This document shows positions 11,640 through 23,448 of a stretch of 64,000 nt of DNA, one piece after another. The notes beneath the pieces are model-generated. The model saw nothing but the letters and a program-made list of their open reading frames with translations. It searched no databases and had not been told where the DNA came from. Every line of letters begins with the position of its first letter. Positions within the stretch are counted from its first letter, which is position 1. Origin of the DNA: Lytechinus pictus (lineage: Eukaryota); the NCBI RefSeq assembly GCF_037042905.1, contig NC_087245.1, positions 15,068,001 through 15,132,000 of the forward strand, read 5' to 3'. The translations under genes and the position numbers were made by a program.

Positions 11640-13979
11640 GAATAGTTCTCCTTTACAGCCGGAGTTTCGTTGGTCGCCCCTTCTCTTAGGTTAGAAATGT
11701 GAATTCCTTCCTCTGCTTTCTTTTCAGATTGCAGCCGGAATTGGGATGGCGCCTGTTGAGGATCCTCGACCAGATTCGAGGCCTCTAGTTATCCTCTTCT
11801 GCTCCTGCAGAGCCCCTGACAGAGAAGAGGAAGAAGAGTGAGGTGTCCTAGAAATATAAGCCCCGGCCAACTAGGCGATCCTACCTCCTCTTGGAGACTC
11901 AGAAGCTAATGTATTTGATTCATAAGGTAGAGCAGTGTGCACTCGTTTCACCAAGCACCTCACAGGATGCATCCCTGGTGTCCCTGCACACCATAGTTAT
12001 TAGCCAGGCGTAGAAAGCCTTTCCACACAGAGAGAAGCCACCAGTAATAATCAGGTTTCACTGGAAGTCAGGACAGCACAGGGGGTGACTCCCCTAGTGC
12101 ATCAGGTCCTGTCTAGTACAACTAGCCGTGACCGCTGGCAGTGTGATGAGTCAGCACGAGAGACATGTGCCTGGCTAGCTGACCGTCCATTCAGGTTAAT
12201 GAAGAAGACTACTCGTCCGTCGACGAATCCTCCCATGACTCCTTCATGGGCACAACTCCCCCACCTACACGTATATGAGAAGCACTTGTTTTGGGGAGCA
12301 ATCAGCTTTCTCAAGAGGAGATTGAGGGTAAAAAACAGGGCAAATGAGATAATGAACAATCTTCAAAGTCTCCTACCCGCGTTTTTTCATTCGGAAACCG
12401 TCTGAGTCTCCATTGAGATGCTGCCCAGCAGCTTTGTGGCAGCCTTACGCTACTGCAACAGTAGACTACAAACATTTGTGACCCCAGAAGAGGGAGTGAA
12501 AAATGTAACGACGTGAACCCGGTGTTTTACCGATATGCTGTAAAGCGCTTTGAGCTGTTATGGGAAAATCGCTATATGAAAATTAAAAAAAGCTATCATT
12601 ATTACCGGAGCAATATCACAACTTTAATTTAAGTTGCTGCATGCTTGAGCTCTGTGGCGTTTAACCCACCAGCTCCATGCCTTTTTTATCCCTTGATTCT
12701 CAATGGATAGAGGGCAAATTCTCGGCATCTTACAATACGCGGCTGGAATGGAATTAAAATTCTACTACCACCGCTACCTGCTTGGGGACATATACCCCTT
12801 CTGTCGCAGGTTTTTTGGGCGCCCGCCCGAGCCATCAACCCCTAATTGTGGGGTGCGGACTAAGCTCCCTAACCACAATCAGTTGGTTGGAACTTCAAGG
12901 CGTCACTACTCTACTTCGCTACCCTTACGGTGTACATCGAAGTGTGAGAATATCGAGGTTAAGCTCCCTGTAATTTTGGGCGATTCCACCTCCTCTGGGT
13001 GTTGTTGAGGTATGAGGGTTCATCCCCATCAACTCTACCCCTGTTTTCTTCGCGGCATGGGCCGTTGGATGGCTTGACTCCTAATCAAATCCCCTTCTAG
13101 GGGCAAAGAGCCTGGAATCTCTCCTACCCCTTTTCGCCACACCTTCCAGGGTGTGATGGAGGAGAAGAACAAGGTATTCCTTCTCTAATCTTAGGGGTAG
13201 CACCTTTACACTGGGCCAGACGGAATTACTTTCAGTACTAATTCTTTAATGTTGTTAGTTAGTAATCTGGATTTCCCCAATGCAATTGGGTAGCCCTGCT
13301 CGATTTTCCAAGAGATACCATGGGGTTTATGATCGTTGGCAGTCCGCCACGACTTCCCCGGAGCAGTATGTTTTGTTACTGGTCTCACCAGGCTTATTCC
13401 GCCCTAGCTCCAGTTCACTTTTTACCGCCTCAGATCATGCCGCTGACTGGGCATATTTTTGATCTGGTCATAACAAAACACACACTGGCATACCTAGCTG
13501 GCGGCGAGTCCCTTTCCCGCACTGGAACACTGGCTTTTGACCACTGCTCTGTCCCTGTGTCATTGGGGTTGGGCTGAGGTTAGTTTAGCACTCCTTGAGG
13601 AAGCGTTCACACCTTTCCCTTTTGGGGAAAAGTCCACCTCTTCTGAGTTAGTCTTTTCTAACTAAAGCATTATGGAGGTTTTTGGGGCTTATCATATGGG
13701 ACTAATCACCTGACTTCCCTTAGTGTACTATGCCCCTGTGGGGGCTTTCACACTGTCCAATTGGCTTAACTCATTGTAGTTTTTGCCTCATTTGGCAAGG
13801 AGTTTGTTGGTCACTTTTACCACAGACCCATGGGGGTGGAGCACACCCGAGTGTTGCCTTGCTCAGGTGTGTTATCAGGGAGGCTTTGCTATACGTCGGG
13901 GGTTTTCACACCGTGACCACCCCAGTATCACACCCTTCCTCTCGGCATTTAGTGCTCTACAGGGGAACAATACCTACAT

Positions 13980-14153
13980 CAGGGGTGTGAGAGATCAGAT
14001 TTTTATCTGATTTCAGATTTTTTTGGTTTTGATTTTCAGCTTATTTTTGGCTTTCCTCTGTACAAAAGGTATGGGAGCTCTTTCTATTTCAGATTTTTTC
14101 AACACTCTTCAGCTTTTTTCAGATCTTTTTATTTGTGACCACTCACACCCCTG
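13980..14153. mobile_element. hAT-like MITE with 6-bp TSD
   Basis: CAGGGGTGTGAG...CTCACACCCCTG TIR with CTACAT duplicated. Absent from DIRS copy 1. Confidence 0.75.
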
Positions 14154-14549
14154 CTACATGTATAGCTTATTGTTGGACGATACGATCGACTTAACCTCAA
14201 GTTGTTTGGTGCGGCGAGGTAGTACTAGGATACCTTGTACCCTCCATAGCGCACTACCTATCTGAAGCCTAGCTTCCCCCTTATTTTTAGGGTGAGTCTG
14301 CTGGGCCGCAGCGCACGCCTTCCCGCATACCTTTCATTCTGTCGCGGAAATAAACTTTAGATTAGTCTAGGTTCTACACTTGAGGTTTTTCAGAGAGGTT
14401 TCTTGCATCTCCTCAGGTTGGGTGTGTATAAGCTCATTTCAGACTTGGCTGCCAACACCAATGACAACCAATCTCAACCTGAGGTGCCATGGTCAGGTGG
14501 TCTATGGTGCCCGACTGCACCGTGAAAGTCTGAGACATTATACATATGC

Positions 14550-14582
<33 letters not shown>

Positions 14583-15564
14583 CTCTACATTATTGGCTTT
14601 TTCGCCGCATCGGCTGTTTTCCTTTGGCTCCTTTATTCAAACTCCAATCTAGAATGTATCCTAAATTGTTGAAGTACTTGTCCCAAGCGCCTTCAAAGGA
14701 GGAGACTTGCGCATTTTTGTAGTCTCTCTAAGGAACTTGTCGCCTTAGCATTCTCTCTGTTGAGCCTAGGTTAGGCCTTCTTGATCGCATCGCGTTACAT
14801 GCTTATTTTGACAAGACATCGTATATGCTTGCAAATCGGAACAACTCTTGTATTCTCGCATGAATACTGCCTTGCTCGCTTCTTCATTTTGGATCCAAGC
14901 GATCCAAGTGGTGGGCGCAAGCGCGTGGCTATTGATGCGAGGCCGGAGGCGCTCGATACTATAAGTATCCACTCGTCTTGAGCCCTGTTCTTCAAGGTGT
15001 TCTCAATGACTTAAGACGTTCCTGGCGTTTTGCCTTTTCCTTACATCTTTTTTAAAGGAAAAATTCCTCGGCTGAGGAGAGCTTGCGAGCATGCATGCAA
15101 GCATGATATAGGTGTGAGCAGAAGTGACATAGGTTCGCTGGGAGATGGTGATATCACACAAAAATATTTGAGGGCAGTCCATGAAACATGAACTAGCTAA
15201 GTAAATTAGATGGATACATCCGATTATCTTGTAAATAAGAAAATCAGCTAAGTATTTTCATGACTTGTGAGAGATCATTAAAAGATCATTGAAAAAAATC
15301 CATGGAAAGAATTCTGAAAGATCCCTTGTTGCATAAAAGATCTCTGAAAGACCATATTGAAAGATTTCTATAGGACTAGCCTAAACCCAGTTAGACAATA
15401 AGTATCAATCAGTTTTTTTATTATTTATTTGAGGGGTCTTTCAGAGTCATTCCATAGAGATGACAAATTTTAATGATGTTGGAGACTGCTGTAAGACCTT
15501 GCCAATTTTGGTTCTTTCAAAGGTCCTTTGAAGGTCTCCCTTCTCCTGTAGTATGTCAAGTTTA

Positions 15565-15850
15565 GTTACACGCATGATTGCTAAGTCCAAGTGGAGGCAA
15601 ATACTAGTATTTGATTGAAGAGATCAAAGCATCAGTGCTCGTGAAGATCCAGTCTGACATTTGGGTTTTGTCAGTTTCTATATCATGTGGGACTGTGTGG
15701 GTTGACATGCATATTATGCTGGTGAAGGAAAGCTTCCTTGAGTTGATGGCAGTGAGAAACATGTACTACAAGTTATTGAAAGACATGTTCACATGTGATT
15801 TCTTCCAGTTGATGTCAGGAACGTTGAAATCCTGATCCTCCATACAGTCC
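15565..15850 (-). pseudogene. CR1/L2-group LINE AP-endonuclease relic
   Basis: Minus-strand DFNVPDINW...DWIFT...YLPPLGLSNHAC with stops. Corresponds to the GDFN and SDH APE motifs. Confidence 0.7.
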
Positions 15851-17648
15851 GAATTCTCTTATCTGGAGGCACACTTGCCGAGATTTTTTTTTCAATTTAG
15901 TTTGTGGGGAAGTGAGATTCCAATCTAAAATCAAAATTGTTATGCAAACTCACTTTGATTACATTCATTTTCCAATAGTCTATAGTCTACCTACATGTAC
16001 AACCACATTATTTTTAATGAAAATATCTTACCCAATCATGGAAGAATTTTTTTCCAGTAAATCAGGGCACAGCACATTTTTTTTTATTTTGGGAAAAAAA
16101 CTACAACACATATCTCGCTAGCACTCATGTTAGAGCCTACAGTATAACAATGGCTGACTTAGCGAAGCTGCGATGATCCAATTTTCAAACTTAGTTTCAT
16201 CGAGTCATTCTCTTACTTTCGAGGTATGCTCGATGTATTCCTGAATCATTTCATGAAGGAAAATTATCCGAGATTTATGGCAACCAATCGATTTCACTTC
16301 CGTAAAAAACGACTATAATTTGCTCTGACAGCAGTGAAATACTGTGTACACCCTCTTCAATAGATTACACTGTACGTGTAGCTACCGTTGGGGAGGCTAG
16401 CTGCGTGTATTTAATATCGGGTCTCTCAGATCCGGATAATTCTTTGTCCGGATTGGTGCTGGTCCCAACATGTCGGGATAAGAGAGGTCAGACTGTAATT
16501 AATAGTTGCTTCTCTCCTTTCTTACTGACTAACTCCATGAGTCTACATAGTAGCTTATGGTATCAGTTGAGCGAGAAGTGCTTCTATAGATGAAAGAGTC
16601 CATCTCCCTCATTTAGCTTCACCATACACTAAATTTAGTGTATTCAGGAATTGCTTCACTTGCACCAAACAACTTTTGTCACAAATACTCACACTTCTCT
16701 GTGTAACACACTAGTTATCTTGTAATGATTCAGATGATGATGATGATGCTTAACATTATCACTCAAAGTATCTGAAAGAATTTGATTTCTTTAATATGAA
16801 GGCAAAAGCCTTTCATGAAATTGCCCAAGATGGTTTTCAAGGCTTCAAAATCTCAAGGCATGCTCAAGACCAAGGGACTAATAGTCTAGATGATCAGTGC
16901 AATAAATAGCAAGAATTGTTCAGATTATGGTGCAAGCATGAAATTTTGCTATCAGGGGGTGCCAACCTCTCCTCGTATAGCAACAGTTGCTAGGTAACAT
17001 TTACCTTAGCAACCACCATTTTGGGGGTGTTATCTGCAGTTTAAAAACTGTATTTTGACTTCTAAGCGCCCATTTTACAATCAAATATCAAGCAACATTC
17101 CAACCATTTTTAGAAACGGTTGCTAAGCAACACATTTTTCATAGCAACTATGGATAATCCTGAATAGTGAATATAACATCTGGACAAAATATTTGAATGA
17201 AAATGGTTAGAAAAATAGTCAAAGTATAAAACTTGGAAGTTAATAAATATCTCACATGCCTAAAAAGTTCAGAGGCAGTCCAAATAATTATAATGTTACC
17301 TAGGTGACAAAACTGATTTCGATGTACATAATTTTATTCTTTTTCTTTGTACATTTTACTCTACATGACAAAACTAACACATAGAAAAACAAAATCACTG
17401 GGCCATCGAATGTGCTTACTATTTGACAATTATATGGGGTCTCTTCTGTTATGAAAATGAGACAGGGTATTATATTTGTGTCAAATGTGACACTGGGAAA
17501 GACATTAAACATTGAGGGAAGCTGAAATTGGATTTATATGAACTAATCGCTCCTAAATGACAGAGCTTCAATGGAAAGTAATGGCGAGTAATGTCAACAC
17601 ACTTGTCAGTGAAGTTTTGATATTATTGACTGACTTGAATAGCATGTA

Positions 17649-18057
17649 TCATTGTTACTGTCCGTTATGACTCCATTGGCATGTAAGGCAGCAATGAATA
17701 TCCTCCACTTCTGTCGGTCCTGTGCCAAATTCTTTATTGTTCTCCATGTGTACCTTAGGTTTTTTCAATCAAAGATGCATCTGTTGATGACTTTGAAAGC
17801 CTATCATGCCATGAAGTGCTGGTTATATTCGTTGCTGTTTCCGTATCATTTTATGGGACAGATCTGTTAGCCTTGTGCCCAACCCTCAACATGGAGGGCC
17901 AGGTATCACTCTTAGTCTCGACTCTCCCTTTGACCTGTCTGGCTTAGGTGACCCTAACAGGAGCCGGAGCTCCAGCCAGCATAGCTCTTGGGGGTCACTG
18001 AGACATGCAAGCTCCAAGATCTCATCAAGTTTGTGATCCTCCTTGGAGGAATTATAC
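17649..18057 (-). mobile_element. Internally deleted (bipartite) RTE-clade retroelement
   Basis: RTE/BovB-type 5' UTR (GGATCAC...GAGCTATGC...TAGGGTCACCTAAGCCAGACAGGTC) joined to an ORF C-terminus TWRTIKNLAQDRQKWRIFIAAL. ATAGCATGTA TSD. Confidence 0.75.
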
Positions 18058-18065
18058 ATAGCATG

Positions 18066-18212
18066 TACAGTAGACCTGAAAAAGAATCATTGACTGTATG
18101 TACACTGTAAAGAAAGTACAGTAGATCTGAAACAGCCTCACGCATCATTGGCTGTATGTTCACTGTATAGCACAGTAGAACTGAAAAAGCCTCCAGCATC
18201 GTTGACTGTACG
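18066..18212. repeat. Minisatellite, about 3 degenerate ~52-bp units
   Basis: acagtagaNctgaaa...catcattgactgtatg repeated. Confidence 0.6.
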
Positions 18213-19142
18213 TGCTACGTGCTCTACTTATGAATATATAACGAAGTAGTACATTTGGTGATTATACAACAAAATCTTTCAAGAGAATGGCTATCTCTGT
18301 AATTGACACTTATCACTAAGGCCGCATCCTATAAATTATGAAGATGACTACAAGATATTGTATGTTGTACAAGCTCATCAAAAAGTACGGTTGGAAAATA
18401 TAAAGCAATGTAAAGGTGTTGGTATAGCTTCAAACCTGCTTGAGATGAATATTTTCATAATTCTTTCCCATTCTATTTCAGCATGATCTTTTCCAAAAAC
18501 ATGATTCTAATAGATTTAGAAGCACTGTGCGTATCTGTTTTAAAAATTTGTTTATAATGCTGGGCAGTTGAGTCATTTACATAATTTACAGATATTTTGC
18601 AATAGTTCCTAGATGATAAAGAAAATAAAGTATTTACATGATGTACAACTGTACAGCTTCCAATAGCCTGGGACTTTGGGTACAATTCTAGCGAATGAGT
18701 CAAACTTACATTTAAGGTGTCGCACATTCATTCTCAAAGTTGGGCATATATTTACTCCAAAATGTAAGTTTGAGACTGTTTGTGTTAATTAAAAGTAGGG
18801 GAAAGCAAACCAATGTAAGTATGCATTATACTCGTCAAAGAATATTAGAGGCAACAGAGGAATGCATCAAGAAAGTTTCAGTCATCGTCCTCTTTGGTGG
18901 GACAATGAATTGTTCATCAATCAAAGTGTAAGAAACATCTCTTCCCATAAGGACATATTGCGAGACAAGGTGATAATGCCATCAGCATAATTATTTCCAT
19001 CTTAGTTGGCATGCCAAGAAGTATTGGAGGCATATGGAAGGAAGAAACACATCAGAACTTCATGCTACTGTTTTGTGGCCGAGTAGCCACATACCAAGTG
19101 CTTCACGTACATGTACGTAGGTTACAAAGTCAGCTGCTCATA

Positions 19143-19582
19143 GTCCTGCAAGATCTTTCATGATAGATCTTGAAGGTGCATGATCCCAGCCAAAACGGGT
19201 CAAGATCTACTTCTGCAATAGCTTTCCAGTCATGATAGATCACTGAGCTGCAGGATCAGGCCAACATGCTTAGAAACAGAACTGGCCAGTCCAATTGCAA
19301 GATCTTTCATGTGATAATAAAGGCTTGAGCTACAGGATTGGGTGGTCAAACACCCGGAAACAGAACGGGCAGGTCCAAATCAATTTCTGCAGGATCGAAT
19401 CGTGATAGATCAAGCATTATAGCTGCAGGATCCAGGTCAACATGCCTAGAAATGGAAATGATGGGTCCAAATGAACCTGTGCAAGATCTTTCACGTCATG
19501 ATAGATCCAGGCGCTGCATAGGATTGATCCAGGTCAAAACATCTGGAGACGGAACTGACCAGTCAAAATCAACTCCTGCACG
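19143..19582. repeat. Degenerate tandem array, about 6 units of ~70-80 bp, inside the Academ-like element
   Basis: Recurring tgcaagatctttca...tgatagatc...gctgcaggatc...ggaaac-gaac. Confidence 0.6.
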
Positions 19583-20529
19583 TGGCATTAGGTCCGGGAA
19601 CGGCATGGAGAACTAATATGATCTTCATTGCTACTGGTTGCTACAGAAAACATGTTACTTTAATAGCAACTGGTACTTTGCATGGTCGGGTATACATGGA
19701 ATAACTGTTCCTGGGTTGTGATTAACGTATTAATGCCTTAAAAATAGAAAAGATGTAGTTCATAGAAATTATAATCTAATGAAAAACATACTGAGGAAAA
19801 TGTTACCTAGCAACCGTTTCTATGGTGCTCATTGGGTCTACCTGTGGAAATATTCATCACATGAGGAATCTATGGGTCAGATTTAATTTCTGAGCTATTC
19901 TGAGAAAATTATAATGATCTGAACAATGATAAACAATTTGTTGCTATGGATAAATGGATCAAAACTATTGTGATACAGATGAACATGCTTTAGATTACAA
20001 TTTATGTGACATATCACCTGTAAAAATGTTACTCAAGCCCAATAAAGCTCAGTTACTAAGGTAAAAATATTACCTAGCAACCGTTGCTAAGATTTGGGAA
20101 ACTCACGTTGGCACTCCCTGCTAAAAATGTTTAGAATATCTCACTCTACCTTTATGCAAATTTTCATACTTGTACCATTTTCTGAACATATTTTTCACCA
20201 ATCACCTAGACTATAAAGTCAATGGCCAAGATATTGTAAAAATATGACTAAAAAGCTAAAGTTAAACAGAATCAAGGTACACATTGTAAGTCGTTTTTTG
20301 ATATCTGGCATGAAGAACAAAAAATGGAATTTGGCCGTGTCATTTCATTTTTGAAAACACAACTCAAACAAATTCATTTATAGTACTGTTTCCGTTCTGT
20401 GATTTTGATTTTGCACTTCAAACACCAAAATTGATGCTGTCTCTCTGATTTCTGAAAAAGTTTCTTTCAAGTTTCATCAATATTAAACAACACCCTCTAT
20501 GTCAACTAAATATTTAACCTGTAATCCAG

Positions 20530-20832
20530 GTGGGTTTTTCATAAAAGCTGTTGGAAAGTTAAGACCGACTGGTGAACCTTTCCTACTAAATAACTTTCTT
20601 ACTGAATAATCACCATTTAATGGTTAAAATCATTTACCACAAGAAAGGATCACCTGGGGCCCGTAACACAAAGCTTAGCAATCAATCGTAGAAAATTTTT
20701 CTACGATTGTTTGCATTGACTACAATGTACAATTAAACGTGAAAATCAAGTGTACGAATAATCGCTAACCTTTGTGTTACGGGACCCAGTTCTTAAAGTC
20801 CCTTCTAACTTACAACTTTATGAAACAGCCCT
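20530..20832. mobile_element. Harbinger-like MITE with a nested MITE at 20657-20786
   Basis: Outer element TTTCATAAAAGCTG...CTTTATGAAA with CAG TSD (family also at 33044 and 62567). Inner element GGGCCCGTAACACAAAG...CTTTGTGTTACGGGACC flanked by CTG/CAG. Confidence 0.75.
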
Positions 20833-21949
20833 CAGGCGTGCTCCTGTAATCCAAGCTGCGTGCCCTTGGATTCATTACAGTCCTATTGTTTTTATGTCAT
20901 TAATCATCTTCGTTAATATTGGTTAGAACTGAACATTCATCTTTATCTACCCTCCACGTCTATTCAAATTGCAGACTATGGGCCTAGAACAATCTTTTTA
21001 TCACTTTACGATTGTTTTAGAAATATACTATGAAATAAAGAGAGTATCACTTATACCAATCAATATTTGATGAACATCATTTCAAACTGTTTCATTATCA
21101 TGCATAACATTAGCATACATGTATGTGCATGTATTGTATTGTCAAAAGACCTGGGATCAAACTTTGTAAACTCATAACACAATTTTCTTTTTTTCTTTAT
21201 GAATAGATTTAGGTTCTTTGGGTGAAGGATTCCACACGTGACTAGAATAGGTATGTATCACTGCAAATATCACTGTAAATATTGGAATGAATTATTAAAA
21301 CCACATTTATAGAAGATCTTGAAATCTTACACGAATATTGTGTAAAAAGAAGAAGAAAAATAATGGGGAAAATGCATTTTACCAATGCCTTGCCATTTCA
21401 TGCTTGATTATGTTTATAAATCATTACTGATGCCTATTATATGAAGTTGAAATTAATGACTTCCATTTTAATAGGGGCCATTGGTTATGGAGGATTGTCT
21501 AACTTATACTTGAAAATCATCGAATTTGTTGTTCATCAGCTTGTATGTACATATAGTTCCCATCCCCAAGACACCTCAAAGATGTATTAAGATGAGATGT
21601 GGGATAGAAGGCATATTTCAGAACAGATAGGATTTACTAGGCTTACATTGTAGGTTATATGCAAAGATATCTTGCTACATGTAAGTGCCATGATTTATTG
21701 CCCAATAACTCAAAGTTTGTGTTATGAGAAATCAAACAGTTGATCATATGGAAAGTAAAATAAACAATGCCACCTGACCAACCATGTAGTGTGTTATGTA
21801 ATTGGCACTAGTCTTGGGGATGAAATTGAGGGCATAGACTGACCAACCAGATGTAAACTGGATTTTATGCCTCCGCTCATTATTTGCAGGTGGTTTATAC
21901 GGTACGCATTAAGTTATCAGGTCTTCCGTACTTGTCCATCCTGTTTTTG

Positions 21950-22335
21950 TACCAGAACTGTGGTAATGATCTCAAAATAAGTTCAAACAGAATCCAATAA
22001 AATTACCACACAAGTGTTTGTAAACTAAAAAAAATGTGTGCCAAATGGCTCTGGAAGAAAATGTGTACACTGTAAGTGCTGAGAAATTACCAAAATAAGC
22101 ACGGAATCCCATCAAATGGGTACTTTTCCAAGCAATATTAGTACACTGTCCTACATACTTTTTTGTGTTATCATCGGTTTTGGAGCTAAGATTTCATGAT
22201 TTCACAAACATATAAGTTCACATTAATGTACCAGATCTACATGTAGATATATGATTATAATGGTGACAATTACCTTGATTTAAAGACTTTCGCATGAAAT
22301 AATTTCTTGCTGCAACTACTTTCTTTTACCTTTAA
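21950..22335. mobile_element. Degraded copy of the Kolobok-like MITE at 55777
   Basis: Shared cagaatccaat...caccac...tgccaaa...ctggaagaaa...gctgagaaat. Ends cctttaa. Confidence 0.55.
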
Positions 22336-22900
22336 CTTCAAACTTAGCTCATACCAATACCGTATGTAATACAAGGGATGATGATCTGATTAATAGATTT
22401 TCGGCTATGAGGTCAAAAATTCACAAAGGTCATAATTGAAATATATTATTATGAAAACTGAAAAACCAACTTCAAACTTAGTCCATGTATAAATGTATGT
22501 GACTCTGAATGATCTTGTGAGATTTTGGATTTGTGAAGTCATAGGTCACAGAGGTCTTTATTATACACTTTTAGAGGTCAGGTGATACGCTTTTATCTTG
22601 CATAAATTTTACTGCATGCAGTTGTAATAAAATTCATGTAGTTTCACTTTGAAACATATTGTTTAATGTGGTCTGTTTTGATTTAAGAACCATGGGACTT
22701 GTTAACAGTCTAGGACTCCAAGCTTTATTGAAGGAGTACAATGTAAGTGATGATCCTGAGTTTGATGAGATTCATACTGTCAAAAAATTTATCACATTAA
22801 TCAGACAGGCTCACATGAAGAACAGATTATACTGTGCAAATAAAGTCTTTTGCAAATTCAGTATGATTCCATTTTCCCATGATTTGTGACTGTGTTTCCT

Positions 22901-23448
22901 GGGGGGCCACTTCCATTGACGAGTGTATACCAAGCGCGACCATGGGGTCTCGAAAAGCACCCTAAACACGTATTTCCCATATTCTGAAAATGCACCCCTT
23001 AACAAGTATTGGAATGTGATGAAACCCTACCCTTAACAAGTATTGGAAACAAAATGATCCTCTTGGCAAGTATTCCCTGAATTGAACCCCTAAACAAGTA
23101 CAGCAATATTTTCATTGTTATGTCATGGACGTTGATCGTCGGCTACTACATTGTTGGGTTTAGTACTGCCCACACCTTGCGCAATTCGTACTCTAAACAC
23201 GTAGTGTTGACTCTTGGAGCAGAAAGTACTTCCTTTATACAATTTAGTCTTAATTTTTTATACCATTGCAAATTTGACCCTCAACACGTAGCTCCCTAGC
23301 GAAAATAGATACCCTTTTTTCATTATTTTAGTGTTTTTGTCACCCTTATTACATTACGTACGTAACGTGCCCTATCTTAAAAAAGACATCCTTTTTACGT
23401 GTTTTTTTGGTCGCGCATGGTATCCACTCGTCAATGTAAGTGGCCCCC
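22901..23448. mobile_element. Non-autonomous TIR element (partial second copy at 32294-32530)
   Basis: ~42-bp TIR GGGGGCCACTT(C/A)CATTGACGAGTG..TACCA.GCGCGACCA. Internal cccttaacaagtatt repeats. Confidence 0.8.

Larger units (their letters stand above)
10915..15266 (+). mobile_element. Decayed DIRS1-type retrotransposon, copy 2 (ICR deleted)
   Basis: Collinear with copy 1 and has the same termini. Relic RT (GEKS..., RFLGLII ~13676-13697), RNase H-like TTDPWGW and GNNTYI (ORF 13783), YR-like IHSS*. Confidence 0.85.
16882..20213. mobile_element. Academ-like non-autonomous DNA transposon
   Basis: TAGTCTAG...CTAGACTA termini, long imperfect TIRs with GTTGCTA/TAGCAAC motifs, 3-bp TAA TSD. Confidence 0.65.

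Noticed and set aside
16693..16771. Minus-strand coding exon with a His5 run
   Set aside because: The run is a (CAT)n microsatellite and no compatible neighbouring coding exons were found.
17850..18050. HDV-like ribozyme in the RTE 5' UTR
   Set aside because: I could not build the P1/P1.1/P2/P3 nested double pseudoknot by eye. An Infernal or RNArobo search would be needed.
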